A DNA stretch of 64,000 bases from an uncultured Verrucomicrobiae bacterium (GTDB taxonomy: Bacteria; Verrucomicrobiota; Verrucomicrobiia; Chthoniobacterales; JAFAMB01): NCBI GenBank assembly GCA_963837955.1, contig CAWIPH010000002.1, positions 544,001-608,000 on the forward strand. The letters are read 5' to 3'. How positions within the stretch are numbered: the stretch's first letter is position 1; every line of letters starts with the position of its first letter. Below are positions 10,156 to 20,654 of the stretch, piece by piece. The position numbers and the translations under genes were made by a program. Below the pieces are notes generated by a model. That model made no database searches. It had not been told where the DNA came from and was given only the letters and a program-made list of their open reading frames with translations.

Positions 10156-11409
10156 ATGGCGGAAACCCGCGAAGATGAGATACGCCAATTGGTCGAGCGC
10201 GTGTATCGTGCGGAGTCGAGCCGTATTCTCGCCACGTTGATCCGTTTACTGGGCGATTTCGATCTTGCCGAGGACGCAATGCAGGATGCGTTTGCCACCG
10301 CACTGGTGCGTTGGTCGAGAGACGGCGCGCCCGAGAACCCTCGCGCATGGCTCGTTTCCGCTGCCAGATTCGAAGCGATCGACTCGCTGCGACGTCGCGC
10401 CCGATTCGATGCTTCGCTCGAGAGAATTGCAGAACAACTCGAGACACAAACCAGCGGCGTCACCGTATCAGATAGTGAGAGTGTTGAAGATGACCAGTTG
10501 CGATTGATCTTCATCTGTTGCCATCCGGCGTTAGCAGCGGAGGCGCGGTTGGCTTTAACGCTGCGGGAGGTGTGTGGTTTGACCACGGAGGAGATTGCGC
10601 GTGCTTTTCTAATTGCCGCCTCGACGCTGGCTCAACGCGTGGTGCGCGCAAAGGCCAAGATCCGAGAAGCACGCATTCCTTTTGAAGTGCCTTCTCCGGC
10701 GGAATTGCCGGAACGGCTAAATACGGTGCTTCAAGTCATCTACCTTGTGTTCAATGAGGGTTACTCCGCCTCATTCGGAGAATCAGTGACCCGCGCTGAG
10801 CTCTCAAGCGAAGCGATCCGACTGGGACGGCTGTTGAACGAATTAATGCCCGAGCCAGAAGTGACCGGGCTTCTCGCTCTGATGCTTTTGCACGAATCAC
10901 GTCGCGCCGCCAGAACCTCGCCGGAGCGGAACTTGATCTTGTTGGAGGATCAAGATCGCTCTCTCTGGAACCGGCCGTTGATCGAAGAAGGGGTAACCTT
11001 AGTGCAACGGGCATTGAAATCGCATCGCTTCGGATCTTACACGCTCCAAGCAGCAATTGCGGCGGTACATTCTCAAGCGGCCAGCGTGGCGGCGACGGAT
11101 TGGTCACAAATCGTTTTGCTCTACGACGCTCTGGCCCGGATCGATTCTTCGCCGGTAGTTGAGTTGAACCGAGCAGTCGCAATCGCCATGCGTGATGGTC
11201 CGGAGGCTGGGTTAAGGCTGATAGATGCTCTGGTCGCGGGTGGCAAGTTGGCTGGTTACCACCTGGCACACGCAGCCCGGGCCGACCTGTGCCGACGCCT
11301 AGGAAAAACAGCCGAAGCCCGCTCTTCCTATGAGAAAGCGCTAGCTCTCACCCAACAAGAACCGGAACGGCGATTTCTAGAAAATCGGCTCAAGGAACTA
11401 AAAAAGTGA
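10156..11409 (+). CDS. ECF42-type RNA polymerase sigma factor with C-terminal TPR extension
   Basis: GDFDLAEDA, DDQLRLIFICCHPAL, LVFNEGY, YTLQAAIAAVH, SPVVELNRAVA; adjacent to DGPF/YCII gene. Confidence 0.92.
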   Translation: MAETREDEIRQLVERVYRAESSRILATLIRLLGDFDLAEDAMQDAFATALVRWSRDGAPENPRAWLVSAARFEAIDSLRRRARFDASLERIAEQLETQTSGVTVSDSESVEDDQLRLIFICCHPALAAEARLALTLREVCGLTTEEIARAFLIAASTLAQRVVRAKAKIREARIPFEVPSPAELPERLNTVLQVIYLVFNEGYSASFGESVTRAELSSEAIRLGRLLNELMPEPEVTGLLALMLLHESRRAARTSPERNLILLEDQDRSLWNRPLIEEGVTLVQRALKSHRFGSYTLQAAIAAVHSQAASVAATDWSQIVLLYDALARIDSSPVVELNRAVAIAMRDGPEAGLRLIDALVAGGKLAGYHLAHAARADLCRRLGKTAEARSSYEKALALTQQEPERRFLENRLKELKK

Positions 11410-11416
11410 AGATGCT

Positions 11417-11443
11417 TGTCGAAATTCGGAAGTCCTGAGCGGC
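11417..11443 (+). promoter_or_regulatory. Putative ECF42-dependent promoter
   Basis: TGTCGA (-35 like) N17 CGGC upstream of the YCII gene; resembles the TGTCGA...CG(A/T)C ECF42 motif. Confidence 0.45.
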
Positions 11444-11498
11444 TACCTCTTGAACGGTCAATAAAAACGACCGCACAAAAAAGAAACTTACGAATACT

Positions 11499-12323
11499 AT
11501 GAAATATATCTGCCTTGGATACCTGGAACCGGACAAGTTTGAAACTATGTCCGAAAGCGAACGCAACGCCCTGTTGGACGACATTTTCGATCACGCCGAC
11601 GTATTGCGGAACCACGGCCACTTCATCGGCGAGGAACCGCTGCAAAGCGCCAAAACCGCAACGATCTTGCGTTGGAATAATGGGAAAGTATCGGTTACGG
11701 ACGGGCCGTACGCAGAGACGAAGGAGCAACTGGGCGGAATTCTTGTGCTCGAAGCGCGTGACTTAAATCACGCGATCCAGTTGATATCCGAGCTTCCGGG
11801 TCTAAAGGCCGGGCTCGGGCCTATTGAGATCCGGCCGGCTGCGGATATAAGCGAAATGAGGCGTGCAAGTGAGCAACGACGAGCGAAGGCAGGGCAACCG
11901 GCCCGCCCGAAGACCGTTACAGGAAAAGGAGAAGTCATGACCCAGTATTTGGTTGCTATTCACCACCCCGACGACTATGACCCTTCCACAGAGGACGAAG
12001 CGATGTCCCGCGATATCGACGTGCTCAACGAAGAGATGGAGGCTGCTGGTGTCAGGATTTTCGCTGGCGGCCTGCACCCGGCAAGCAGCGCGAGGGCGCT
12101 GCGAGCGCAGCCCAATGGTAAGGTGCTCATCACCGACGGGCCGTACATAGAGACCAAGGAGCACATAGGCGGTTTTTGGGTGCTGGAAGCCGCTAACCTG
12201 GATGAGGCGCTGGCGTGGGGCCGCAAGGCCGCCGTCGCCTGTCGGGCGCCGGTCGAGGTGCGCCCGTTTTTTGGCAGAACCCGAGAAGACAATCCCACTA
12301 TTTGGCCCAACGGAAGCAACTGA
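11499..12323 (+). CDS. Tandem YCII/DGPF-domain protein (two domains in one frame)
   Basis: Two TDGPY(A/I)ETKE(Q/H)(L/I)GG motifs; internal AGGAG...ATG at 11938. Confidence 0.88.
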   Translation: MKYICLGYLEPDKFETMSESERNALLDDIFDHADVLRNHGHFIGEEPLQSAKTATILRWNNGKVSVTDGPYAETKEQLGGILVLEARDLNHAIQLISELPGLKAGLGPIEIRPAADISEMRRASEQRRAKAGQPARPKTVTGKGEVMTQYLVAIHHPDDYDPSTEDEAMSRDIDVLNEEMEAAGVRIFAGGLHPASSARALRAQPNGKVLITDGPYIETKEHIGGFWVLEAANLDEALAWGRKAAVACRAPVEVRPFFGRTREDNPTIWPNGSN

Positions 12324-12397
12324 GCGTCAGTGGCAACACTGCCGGGCGATGCCGGCCTGACGGGCAAAATCAGATAGGACTCGAAAGGAACTCAGTC

Positions 12398-12994
12398 ATG
12401 AGAAAAGTCAATGTGCTTGAATTTGTCTCCCTTGATGGTGTCATACAAGCCCCAGGCGGGCCAGAGGAAGATACCAGTGGCGGCTTCGCGTATGGCGGGT
12501 GGATAAGTCCACATTCCGACCCTGTTCTTTCAACGGCCATAAGAAAGCAGATGAGCATTCCGTTTGACTTGTTGATAGGGCGCAGAACCTTTGACATTTG
12601 GGCACCATTCTGGCCGCAACACAATGACATGTGGCCAGCCGTCAACACAGCGACCAAGTACGTCGCCTCGAATACCATGACTTCTCACGAATGGCAGCCG
12701 TCCGTGTTTCTAAACGGAGATATTGCGCACAAAATCACCAAAATTAAGCAACAGGAAGGGCCGGATTTGCACGTTTATGGAAGCGCAAATCTCGTTCAGA
12801 CGCTCATCAAGCATGATTTGGTCGATGCGTTCTGGCTGAAGATATATCCGATAACATTGGGCGGTGGAAAACGATTGTTTGCCGATGGCACGATCCCGGC
12901 GGCATTCAGGGTGACAGAAAGCACAGTCACCTCGAAAGGCGTCATTATCGTGAATTACGAGCGTGCAGGCGCAGTCCCAACCGGAAGTCTATAA
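12398..12994 (+). CDS. Dihydrofolate reductase/RibD C-terminal domain protein
   Basis: [43 protein letters not shown]. Confidence 0.92.
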   Translation: MRKVNVLEFVSLDGVIQAPGGPEEDTSGGFAYGGWISPHSDPVLSTAIRKQMSIPFDLLIGRRTFDIWAPFWPQHNDMWPAVNTATKYVASNTMTSHEWQPSVFLNGDIAHKITKIKQQEGPDLHVYGSANLVQTLIKHDLVDAFWLKIYPITLGGGKRLFADGTIPAAFRVTESTVTSKGVIIVNYERAGAVPTGSL

Positions 12995-13210
12995 ACATTC
13001 GGCCGGGTGGCCCAGGCTTCGCCGATGGAAGCAAGATGCTCTGGAGATTTCTGGGCCGCTGGGTCAACTCCACCCCGATGGCTTTTCGTATGACACATGA
13101 GCACGGCTCCTGGTGCGACCGAACGCTAGGTGTCGATTGCAGTTAATTCGTAGACTAAATCATTTTCGGCGCGCTCGTTTTTCAATTAAATCGAGACTGG
13201 GCTCAGTTTT

Positions 13211-13576
13211 TCAGTTAATTGTAGACTGTTTGATATCGATGCGCGCGACCTGTTCAGCCAACGGATCAGGCCAGTTGTGAGCGCGCCGAACCAACTCCTC
13301 GCGGCGCTCCACAGGGATTGCCCGAAGCAAGATGGCAAACGGATACAAATCCCTCTGCCCCACGCTGCTGAGACCGCGGAAGCGGAAAAACTCAAGACAT
13401 CGCTCGCCCAACAGACACTTGGCCACGGAGGCACCCACCTTCAACCGACTGGCCCAGTGCTGGATGTGGTCTAAGGTCGTTACGCCTTCATGGCCCAACC
13501 CGTGGTCGTCCCACCAGTCCGTAGCTTCTATATAGTCAGCAAGCGCCAACACGCCTTGGCGGTCGCGTTGCAGCAA
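13211..13576 (-). pseudogene. Hypothetical protein fragment
   Basis: Protein-like ORF with a stop just upstream and no clear RBS; no family recognised. Confidence 0.3.
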
Positions 13577-13737
13577 CAGCGCAAATTACTCACTCACCAA
13601 ATTGGCGAACGTATCAGCATCGACGTTTCCTACCCAAAAAGGGTCAGGAGCCTGCCCGACTTGATGGCTTCAGACACGTTGTTAATTAGTCCCTATCAAC
13701 CAGGACCAACTGCAGCCAAGCGGGGCGGACGACCAGC

Positions 13738-14478
13738 CTAGCGATGAATCGGTGCCTCGCGATGCCAGTTGCTCAAAATGCGACCATCGGTGTGGGGTTG
13801 CTTTGCCCATCGGATAGCGTTGGCAATGACTCGGTGGACATGGGCGTTGTGGTAGATCGGAAAAGTTTCGTGTCCAGGTCCAAAGAAGAAGATGCGGCCG
13901 CGGCCACGGTGGAACGTGCAGCCGCTGCGGAATACCTCTCCTCCTTTGAACCATGACAAAAAAATCAGCTCCTCGGGCACGGGAATGTCAAAAGGTTCCC
14001 CGTACATTTCCGACTGCGGCACTTCGAAATAGGGAGGTAAGCCTTCTGCAATCGGGTGAGATGGGTGGATCACCCACACTCGTTCCAAATCACCGTCCGG
14101 CAGCTCTCGCCAGGCAAGGTTGCAATTAGTGCCCATCAACCGACGGAAGAGTTTCGAGTGGTGCCCGGAATGGAGGACGATGAGTCCCATGCCTTTCAGC
14201 ACGCGCTGCTGAATTCGGTCGACCAAGGCGTCACTGACTTCCTCATGGGCAATATGTCCCCACCAGAGGAGTACGTCGGTATCGTCGAGGAGCCGTTCGC
14301 CTAGACCCTCGTCGGGATCGTCAAGGTTGGCACAACGTATTGCAAAGCCCTCGTTCTTCAAGCCTACTGCAATCGCGCCGTGGATGCCGTTCGGGTAGAT
14401 CGCTGCAACGTCAGGCTGGAGCTTCTCGTGGCGACCTTCGTTCCAGATTGTTATTTTGATAGTTACTTCGTTTTCCAT
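13738..14478 (-). CDS. thuA: ThuA-like trehalose/glycoside utilisation protein
   Basis: [47 protein letters not shown]. Confidence 0.92.
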   Translation of the reverse strand: MENEVTIKITIWNEGRHEKLQPDVAAIYPNGIHGAIAVGLKNEGFAIRCANLDDPDEGLGERLLDDTDVLLWWGHIAHEEVSDALVDRIQQRVLKGMGLIVLHSGHHSKLFRRLMGTNCNLAWRELPDGDLERVWVIHPSHPIAEGLPPYFEVPQSEMYGEPFDIPVPEELIFLSWFKGGEVFRSGCTFHRGRGRIFFFGPGHETFPIYHNAHVHRVIANAIRWAKQPHTDGRILSNWHREAPIHR

Positions 14479-14515
14479 TTTGAGTTCCGGGTAAAAGCGG
14501 GGGCCGTTCTAGAGG

Positions 14516-15427
14516 TCAAGCTTTGACGCCTCCGGAAAACGTCTGGACGAAATAGCGGCGGGCAAATCCGAAGGCGATCACGGCTGGTAGCATGTAGAGG
14601 ATCGCGAGTGCGCTCAAGAAGCCGTAGTCAATTTGCTGGACGCGCAGAAAAGCGCGAAACAGTCCGAGTGGCAACATCTGAAGCTCGGATGAAGACAGCA
14701 AAATAAGCGGCATTAGGAAATCCCCCCATGCGGAAATAAATGCAAAAAGACCCGCCGCAGCGAGGCCTGGAAGAGCTAGCGGTGCAATCACGAAGCGAAT
14801 ACGCTGAAACAGGCTTGCGCCGTCAACGAGCGACGCGTCTTCATAGTCGTAAGGGATGGTGTCGAAGTAGGTTTTCATAATCCAGAGCGCAAGCGGCAAC
14901 TGCATGGCGGCAAAGACTAGAATCAGGCCTAGATATCCATTGATTAAGCCGACTACCAGCATGACCGGGCGTACCGATTCGGGATTTAGGAAACTGCGGA
15001 CAAACGATCCGACCGCGTTATTACCGGTGAGTAGAATCTTATATAGCGGCACAATGAGAGCCGGTGGTGGCACCACGCGGACTAAAATAATCGTATAGAG
15101 GAACGGCCGTTTCCACCACGCCCTGGTTCGCGACAACGCGTAACCACCGAAGCCGGCGAATACCAGGACAATAATCGTAGAAGTCCCGACAACAATGAAT
15201 GAGTTAAGAAACCATCGGGCACCTCCCTCGCGCACAAAAATGCCGATGTAGTTGTTAAGCGTCCAAGGGCTAGGCCATCGAAGGAACAGCGAAGCGTTTC
15301 CATCGAAGGAGGCCTGAATCAGCCAAACGAAGGGAATCACACAAAAAATTGAGATCAGCGTAAGAGTTACGTACGCGACCACATCACCACCAAACATCGT
15401 GGGAACAACAAGTCTCGATTTGCTCAT
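14516..15427 (-). CDS. Carbohydrate ABC transporter permease
   Basis: EDASLVDGAS EAA loop; TM helices. Confidence 0.92.
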   Translation of the reverse strand: MSKSRLVVPTMFGGDVVAYVTLTLISIFCVIPFVWLIQASFDGNASLFLRWPSPWTLNNYIGIFVREGGARWFLNSFIVVGTSTIIVLVFAGFGGYALSRTRAWWKRPFLYTIILVRVVPPPALIVPLYKILLTGNNAVGSFVRSFLNPESVRPVMLVVGLINGYLGLILVFAAMQLPLALWIMKTYFDTIPYDYEDASLVDGASLFQRIRFVIAPLALPGLAAAGLFAFISAWGDFLMPLILLSSSELQMLPLGLFRAFLRVQQIDYGFLSALAILYMLPAVIAFGFARRYFVQTFSGGVKA

Positions 15428-15431
15428 GACT

Positions 15432-16313
15432 TTAAACCTGGACTTTGAGAGCGCGCACGTAGACCAAGCCGATAGCCATCGAAATCGCGAGGGTGACCAC
15501 CGCTACCGCAGAACCGTACCCGAGCTGAAAGGCGGTGAAGGACTGATTGTAGATATAGATGCCAATGATCTCGGTAGCGTTGCCAGGGCCGCCGCGGGTG
15601 AGCGCGTAGATGAACCCGAAAATCGAGATGGTCGTTACTGTCGAGACCAGCATGTAAAGAAATATGTTCGGCATGATCAGCGGAAGCGTGATGAACCGGA
15701 AGATCTGGCGAGGTGAGGCACCGTCGATCCGGGCAGCTTCACAGATCTCAGGGGGCACCGCACTAAGACCCGCCATCATCAGGATCATCGCCGACGCGAT
15801 GCCACGCCAGGTGTTAGCAACAATGATCATGACAAGGGGAAACTGCTGCAACCATGGTACCGAGTGGATTCCCAAGCCGCCCAGTAGCCGATTCAGCGTC
15901 GAATGTTCGCCGCCAGCCAGCATGGAAATCCAGATGTAGCCAGCGACTACTTCAGGCACGGCGTTCGGCAAGAGGATGATCGAGTTGAGCAAATTTTTGA
16001 AACGAAGCGGCCGGCGCAGCAAAACCGCGGAAGCGAGTCCCAGAACGAACTGGCCGATAACTGCCGAGCCAAGCACAAACCAAAACGTAACAACCAGAGA
16101 ATGCCAGAAACCTCCGTCGTTAAAGAGCCGCACATAATTGAGCATGCCAACAAAACGCGGGTTGGTTGCCGCCACCCCGACCAGCGAGGCGTTTGTGAGG
16201 CTCAAATAGATCGAGTAAAGCGCCGGGTAGACGACGAGAGCGCCGATGAGAAGGACGCAGGGCAGAAGGAGGAGCTGAAGCTGCCACGATCTGCGTTCAA
16301 TATAGGTCGTCAT
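15432..16313 (-). CDS. Carbohydrate ABC transporter permease
   Basis: FVGMLNY, EAARIDGAS, TRGGPGNATE. Confidence 0.92.
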   Translation of the reverse strand: MTTYIERRSWQLQLLLLPCVLLIGALVVYPALYSIYLSLTNASLVGVAATNPRFVGMLNYVRLFNDGGFWHSLVVTFWFVLGSAVIGQFVLGLASAVLLRRPLRFKNLLNSIILLPNAVPEVVAGYIWISMLAGGEHSTLNRLLGGLGIHSVPWLQQFPLVMIIVANTWRGIASAMILMMAGLSAVPPEICEAARIDGASPRQIFRFITLPLIMPNIFLYMLVSTVTTISIFGFIYALTRGGPGNATEIIGIYIYNQSFTAFQLGYGSAVAVVTLAISMAIGLVYVRALKVQV

Positions 16314-16414
16314 ATGAGCTTGCCGCTTCGTAAGATCGACGACTGAGAGCGTCTTGTGTAAAGACCGGAGACGACCACGGAGCACTCGTCTCCGGTACGC
16401 AATTTCTGAAAAAA

Positions 16415-17713
16415 TTATTTAACCGCTCCGTCGCCAAGAACCTCTTTGACGTAGTCAACCAGGATCTTCTGAGCGCCTGCCGCATCAGTCTGCTTGCGAA
16501 GCAGTGCTTCGGTTGCGCGCGACACACCTTCGGCAACCGCTGAAAAGCCCTCGGCGGTCTTCATATAGGTTCCCGTTCCGTTCTTCAGAGCGGCGAGAAT
16601 TGGAACCAGCTCCTTTAGCTTTTGGAAGTCTGGATCAGCCGTCGCATCGGTGCGGCCTGGGATATTACCCACATTTTGCGCGTACGCCACATCCGCCTTC
16701 ACCGATCCAAGCTCGAGCATGACTTTCTTGGCGATCCCAACATCAGGCGATTTCGCGTTCACCGCCCATGGACTATCGAGGTCGACCAGCACGTACTGCC
16801 CTCCCTGTTTGCCGGGAACCTCCCAGGTGCCGACGACTTCAGTGACATTCGGGATCGGATTTTTGCTCTGTGAACCCCAGTCATAGATATAGCCCCATGA
16901 ACCGCCCGTCGTTGCAACCAGTTTGCCGGCCGGAAACATTTCATACTTCGGCACCACCCACGGCTCCGGCTCCAGCAGCGGCTGGATCGGCATCAGATCG
17001 TTGTTGATGAGATCAGCGTAGAAGCCGAACGCTTCTTTTATCCCTTGCCCGGTCAGGTTTAGCGTCCCGTCATTGTTGGCGATCTGCGGCGTTGAGGTGC
17101 CAACTATCAATAGCCTGAAGCCCTCAGTGAAGGAACCGCCGCCCCAGGTGATACCCGCCGGAAAGAGAAGTCCGTACGCGCCGGTCTTGGCTTTGATCTC
17201 CTTGGCACGGGCGAGAAGCTCGGCCCAGGTCTTCGGTTGCTCGGTCGAAATACCAGCCTTTTCCAATATGTCGCGACGATAGTAGATCTGCTGGACGTTC
17301 AGCATGGCAGGCAAAACGTAGATCTGACCATCCTTGCTGGTCGCCATGGCCTTGCCGACATCAAACGACTGCGCATAGCCGTCCCAAGCCTTGAGCTCTG
17401 TGGTAATGGGAGCTAGGTAGCCCGCCGCGACCATGTCGGCGACATCCTGACCATGGGGTGCAGTAAAGATGTCCGGCGCATCGCCTGCTTGAAGTTCGGT
17501 TAGAAGCTTAGTTAAATAATCTTTCTCTGGGGAGGGATATTCGACCACCTCAATGTGGACGTTGTATTTTTTTTCTATTTCCGGCACGACCTTGTTCAGC
17601 GCATCGATCCGTGCCTGACGATGCTCGGCGATACGGATCGTTTTAGCCTGGGCGGACCCAATTGCCAGCGCCGAGGCCAGAGAAATCCCCGCGAGGATTG
17701 TCGTTCTAAACAT
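16415..17713 (-). CDS. Sugar ABC transporter extracellular solute-binding protein
   Basis: Signal peptide, AGDAPDIF, IYYRRDILEKAG, PKTWAEL. Confidence 0.92.
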   Translation of the reverse strand: MFRTTILAGISLASALAIGSAQAKTIRIAEHRQARIDALNKVVPEIEKKYNVHIEVVEYPSPEKDYLTKLLTELQAGDAPDIFTAPHGQDVADMVAAGYLAPITTELKAWDGYAQSFDVGKAMATSKDGQIYVLPAMLNVQQIYYRRDILEKAGISTEQPKTWAELLARAKEIKAKTGAYGLLFPAGITWGGGSFTEGFRLLIVGTSTPQIANNDGTLNLTGQGIKEAFGFYADLINNDLMPIQPLLEPEPWVVPKYEMFPAGKLVATTGGSWGYIYDWGSQSKNPIPNVTEVVGTWEVPGKQGGQYVLVDLDSPWAVNAKSPDVGIAKKVMLELGSVKADVAYAQNVGNIPGRTDATADPDFQKLKELVPILAALKNGTGTYMKTAEGFSAVAEGVSRATEALLRKQTDAAGAQKILVDYVKEVLGDGAVK

Positions 17714-17762
17714 TGATCCTCCTTTTCATTTTGCGAGGCGATTGCAGCCATCGCCATTTATG

Positions 17763-17877
17763 TGTACACGTTTGCATAACGCGAACGTGTAGGCGTCTTG
17801 GTATTCAGTGTCAAATACAAATTCTAGAGGAAATGAACGTGATCGACATAAAATCTCAAGTAGTGTAAACGTATGCA
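17763..17877. promoter_or_regulatory. Two LacI-type operators in the divergent promoter
   Basis: TGTACACGTTTGCA (17763-17776) and TGTAAACGTATGCA (17864-17877), pseudo-palindromes with central CG; LacI gene in the cluster. Confidence 0.7.
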
Positions 17878-17880
17878 CAT

Positions 17881-18909
17881 ATGACTGGTGATAAGGTTTT
17901 GCGCCTTGGGTTGATCGGCACGGGACATATGGCGGCGCATTACGCGCGCAGTTGGGTCTCTATGCCGGAGGTAGCGTTTGTTGCGGTGAGCGATGTCAAT
18001 GCTGTTTCACGGCGGAAATTCATCGATATTTGCCGTAATGCGGGGCGACCCCAGCCGCGAGAATTCGACGAATTCAGGTCGATGCTGGCCGCTTGCCGGG
18101 ACGATCTAGACGCGATTTATGTGTCTACGCCGCACGCGCTGCATGCGGAACACGGGATCGCCGTAGCCGAGTCTGGTCTGGATCTGCTGATCGAAAAGCC
18201 GATGGTAACCACCGTGGAAGAGGCTCAGCGGTTGGTTTCAGCACGAGATCAGAGCCGTTCTACCGTCGTGATTGCCTTTCAGGGCGCTTTATCGCCTTTG
18301 ATTGCAGATACGCGCAACCGCGCCCGGGAGGATGAATTCGGCGAACTCGTCAGCGTGGCCGGCACCATCTGGGAGAACTGGTCCTCACGCTATGAAGGGC
18401 ATTGGAAGCAGCAATTGGACTTGTCGGGAGGCGGCTTTATGTTCGACACCGGCGCCCACATGATGAACACCGTTTGCCTTTTGGCTGACGCGGATTGTGA
18501 ACGGGTGTCTGCCCTTACGAACAACCGGGCGCGCAGTGTCGACGTCGTCTGTGCGGTCGCGGGCCGGCTAGCCACCGGCGCTCTTCTGACTCTGAACGCT
18601 GCAGGCGAGGGACCAGTTGGCTGCGCCTCGCACCTAACGTTCTTTTATACGCGGGCGATTGTGCGCATTGACGCTTGGGGCGCCTGGCGGGAGATCGCTG
18701 CGGCCGGAACTTCGGGATCTCGTGAAGAGGTTGAAATTAAGAACAATCCCCTAAAAAGTTTTCTCGCGATTCGTGCTGGCACAGCAGAGAACCTTTCGAC
18801 CGTAGAAGCTGGACTGCGTTTCGCGCGCCTTTGGGATGCCATCAAAGCGTCTGCCGCCAGAAATGGTGAACCCGTTACGATACGTCCTGTTGCCATGACA
18901 GCGAGATAG
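17881..18909 (+). CDS. Gfo/Idh/MocA oxidoreductase
   Basis: LIGTGHMA, STPHALH, IEKPM, GGFMFDTGAH. Confidence 0.92.
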   Translation: MTGDKVLRLGLIGTGHMAAHYARSWVSMPEVAFVAVSDVNAVSRRKFIDICRNAGRPQPREFDEFRSMLAACRDDLDAIYVSTPHALHAEHGIAVAESGLDLLIEKPMVTTVEEAQRLVSARDQSRSTVVIAFQGALSPLIADTRNRAREDEFGELVSVAGTIWENWSSRYEGHWKQQLDLSGGGFMFDTGAHMMNTVCLLADADCERVSALTNNRARSVDVVCAVAGRLATGALLTLNAAGEGPVGCASHLTFFYTRAIVRIDAWGAWREIAAAGTSGSREEVEIKNNPLKSFLAIRAGTAENLSTVEAGLRFARLWDAIKASAARNGEPVTIRPVAMTAR

Positions 18910-19904
18910 TGAATTGCGTGAAAGAGCGAATAACCTCTAAAGAATTGGCGAAGCTCGTCGGGGTCTCGTCGGCAACCATCTCCCGAGCATTCTCGCCGAA
19001 TGCGCGAATCAGTGAGCAGACGCGCATACGAGTTCTCGCTATGGCGCAGCAGTACGGGTATCAACCCAATGCGATCGCCCGCACGCTGAATAATCGGCGA
19101 TCTCGTCTGGTAGCAGTGGTAGTCAATGCTATTGGCAACCAATGTGAAGCAGAGCAGTTGGAAGTACTGGTACATCGGCTGCAGGCTCGCGCTCTGGTTC
19201 CAATCATTCTGTGCTGCGGGGATAATACCGACCGTTTGCAATTGATGCGCCTCGCATCAACTTACCAGGTTGATCATGCGATCATCTTTTCCGATGTAGT
19301 GCCACTGAAGGATGCGGTGCAAATATTCAGGACGACCTGGCCGATTATTGTTTCGGCGGAACCGATCGAAGACACGAGAGTTTCATGTGTGCGTGTCGAT
19401 GGGACAGAGGCGGCCTCACAGCTTATCGACAAGCTGGTCGGCGACGGTCGCGAGCACTTCGCCTATCTGTGCGGCAGGAACTCCAGTTGGATAGACAAGC
19501 AGCGCCGGGACTGGTTCAGCAGCGCCTTAGTTAGGCATGGGCTGGCGTTCGAAGCAGAAGGTCATGGCGACTATTCATACGAAGCGGGGTTTAAGGAAGC
19601 TTCTCTTCTCCTGAGCCGCTCGAAAGTTGACGCGCTGGTTTGCGGCAATGACGTGATGGCGATTGGTGCGCGCGACGCGGCAATCCGTCTCCTCAACCGC
19701 AACGTGCCTGGCGATTTGGCTATCGTCGGTCAAGATGGCATCACGATGGCTGGTTGGGAGTCTAACGACCTGACCACGCTTGCGCTCGATCGTATAGCCC
19801 TCATCGATGCAATCGTGCAAATCATCGAGAAGCACGAAACCGACTACGCCGCAGCTCCCACCATCGTTATCAAATGCGCGGTTCGGTGGGGTGCAACCAG
19901 CTAA
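18909..19904 (+). CDS. LacI family transcriptional regulator
   Basis: ITSKELAKLVGVSSATISRAF HTH, GYQPNAIARTL, CGNDVMAIG. Confidence 0.93.
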   Translation: MNCVKERITSKELAKLVGVSSATISRAFSPNARISEQTRIRVLAMAQQYGYQPNAIARTLNNRRSRLVAVVVNAIGNQCEAEQLEVLVHRLQARALVPIILCCGDNTDRLQLMRLASTYQVDHAIIFSDVVPLKDAVQIFRTTWPIIVSAEPIEDTRVSCVRVDGTEAASQLIDKLVGDGREHFAYLCGRNSSWIDKQRRDWFSSALVRHGLAFEAEGHGDYSYEAGFKEASLLLSRSKVDALVCGNDVMAIGARDAAIRLLNRNVPGDLAIVGQDGITMAGWESNDLTTLALDRIALIDAIVQIIEKHETDYAAAPTIVIKCAVRWGATS

Positions 19905-19942
19905 TCCGCAAACCTCCCACCCGTGGACGAATGAATCCTCTG
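19818..19942 (+). repeat. 125-bp direct repeat, copy A (lacI 3' end plus downstream)
   Basis: Matches 24389-24513 with 3 mismatches. Confidence 0.95.
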
Positions 19943-19949
19943 TAGTCTA

Positions 19950-20043
19950 TAGGGGTCAGTCAACAAATCTTGACAGATTTCATCCAGCTTGGGGATACGG
20001 GGCGACGCTTCACCGGCTGTCAGGATTTGTTGACTGACCCCTA
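19950..20043. mobile_element. MITE-like element (~90 bp) with long terminal inverted repeats and TA flanks
   Basis: TAGGGGTCAGTCAACAAATCTTGACAG (19950-19976) vs CTGTCAGGATTTGTTGACTGACCCCTA (20017-20043), 1 mismatch. Confidence 0.75.
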
Positions 20044-20205
20044 CTCGGAACTCTTCGATCGGCATCTAGACAAGCGGAGCGCGCCCGCTCCGTAAGCAGG
20101 TCCATTACTGCGGTTTTGATCGACGGTGTGTGGGCCCTTCGCTTAGTCTTTGAAAAACCGGGTATGGCGCGTTTGGAAGGGCATGGGCGGAATTGCCCGC
20201 CTAAA

Positions 20206-20249
20206 CTTCGAACCAGAAGGCGGGGGTTCGAGTCTCTCCGGCTGCGCCA
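20206..20249 (+). other. 3' half of tRNA-Arg(UCG) (att-site remnant)
   Basis: CTTCGAA anticodon loop, CCAGA, GGGGG-TTCGAGT-CTCTC T arm, CGGCTGC-G-CCA; no 5' half upstream. Confidence 0.8.
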
Positions 20250-20654
20250 CGGAATCTAGCCGGAACGTAATTTATAGCCGGTCGGCTAATTCTTTCGGGC
20301 TTCGGCCGCGGCCCCCAATTGGCCGCCGCATTTGAAAATAAACAGCGCCCTGTTTACCCACAATCGCATTATGAGAGGGAGAGACGCTCTTCTTTAGCCG
20401 ATTCCCACGACACAGTGTTGAGGCCTCGCGGAGCCTGGCCCGCCTAGGATCAACGTCTGCTGGGAAACACCTTGTGGCGGGTCGCTAAAGGAGATCTGGG
20501 AACGAGCACTCGCGTAGTATTTCGCCGGCGGGAATCTCAAACGTGCCGATTCGGCCCTGAATTGTTCCGGGACCCCAAATTCGAGCGCCTGTAATGCAAC
20601 AGTTCCGTGCCAAGCGGTGGGGGCGCTTACGCTGGAATAAACGATGTCCGGTGA

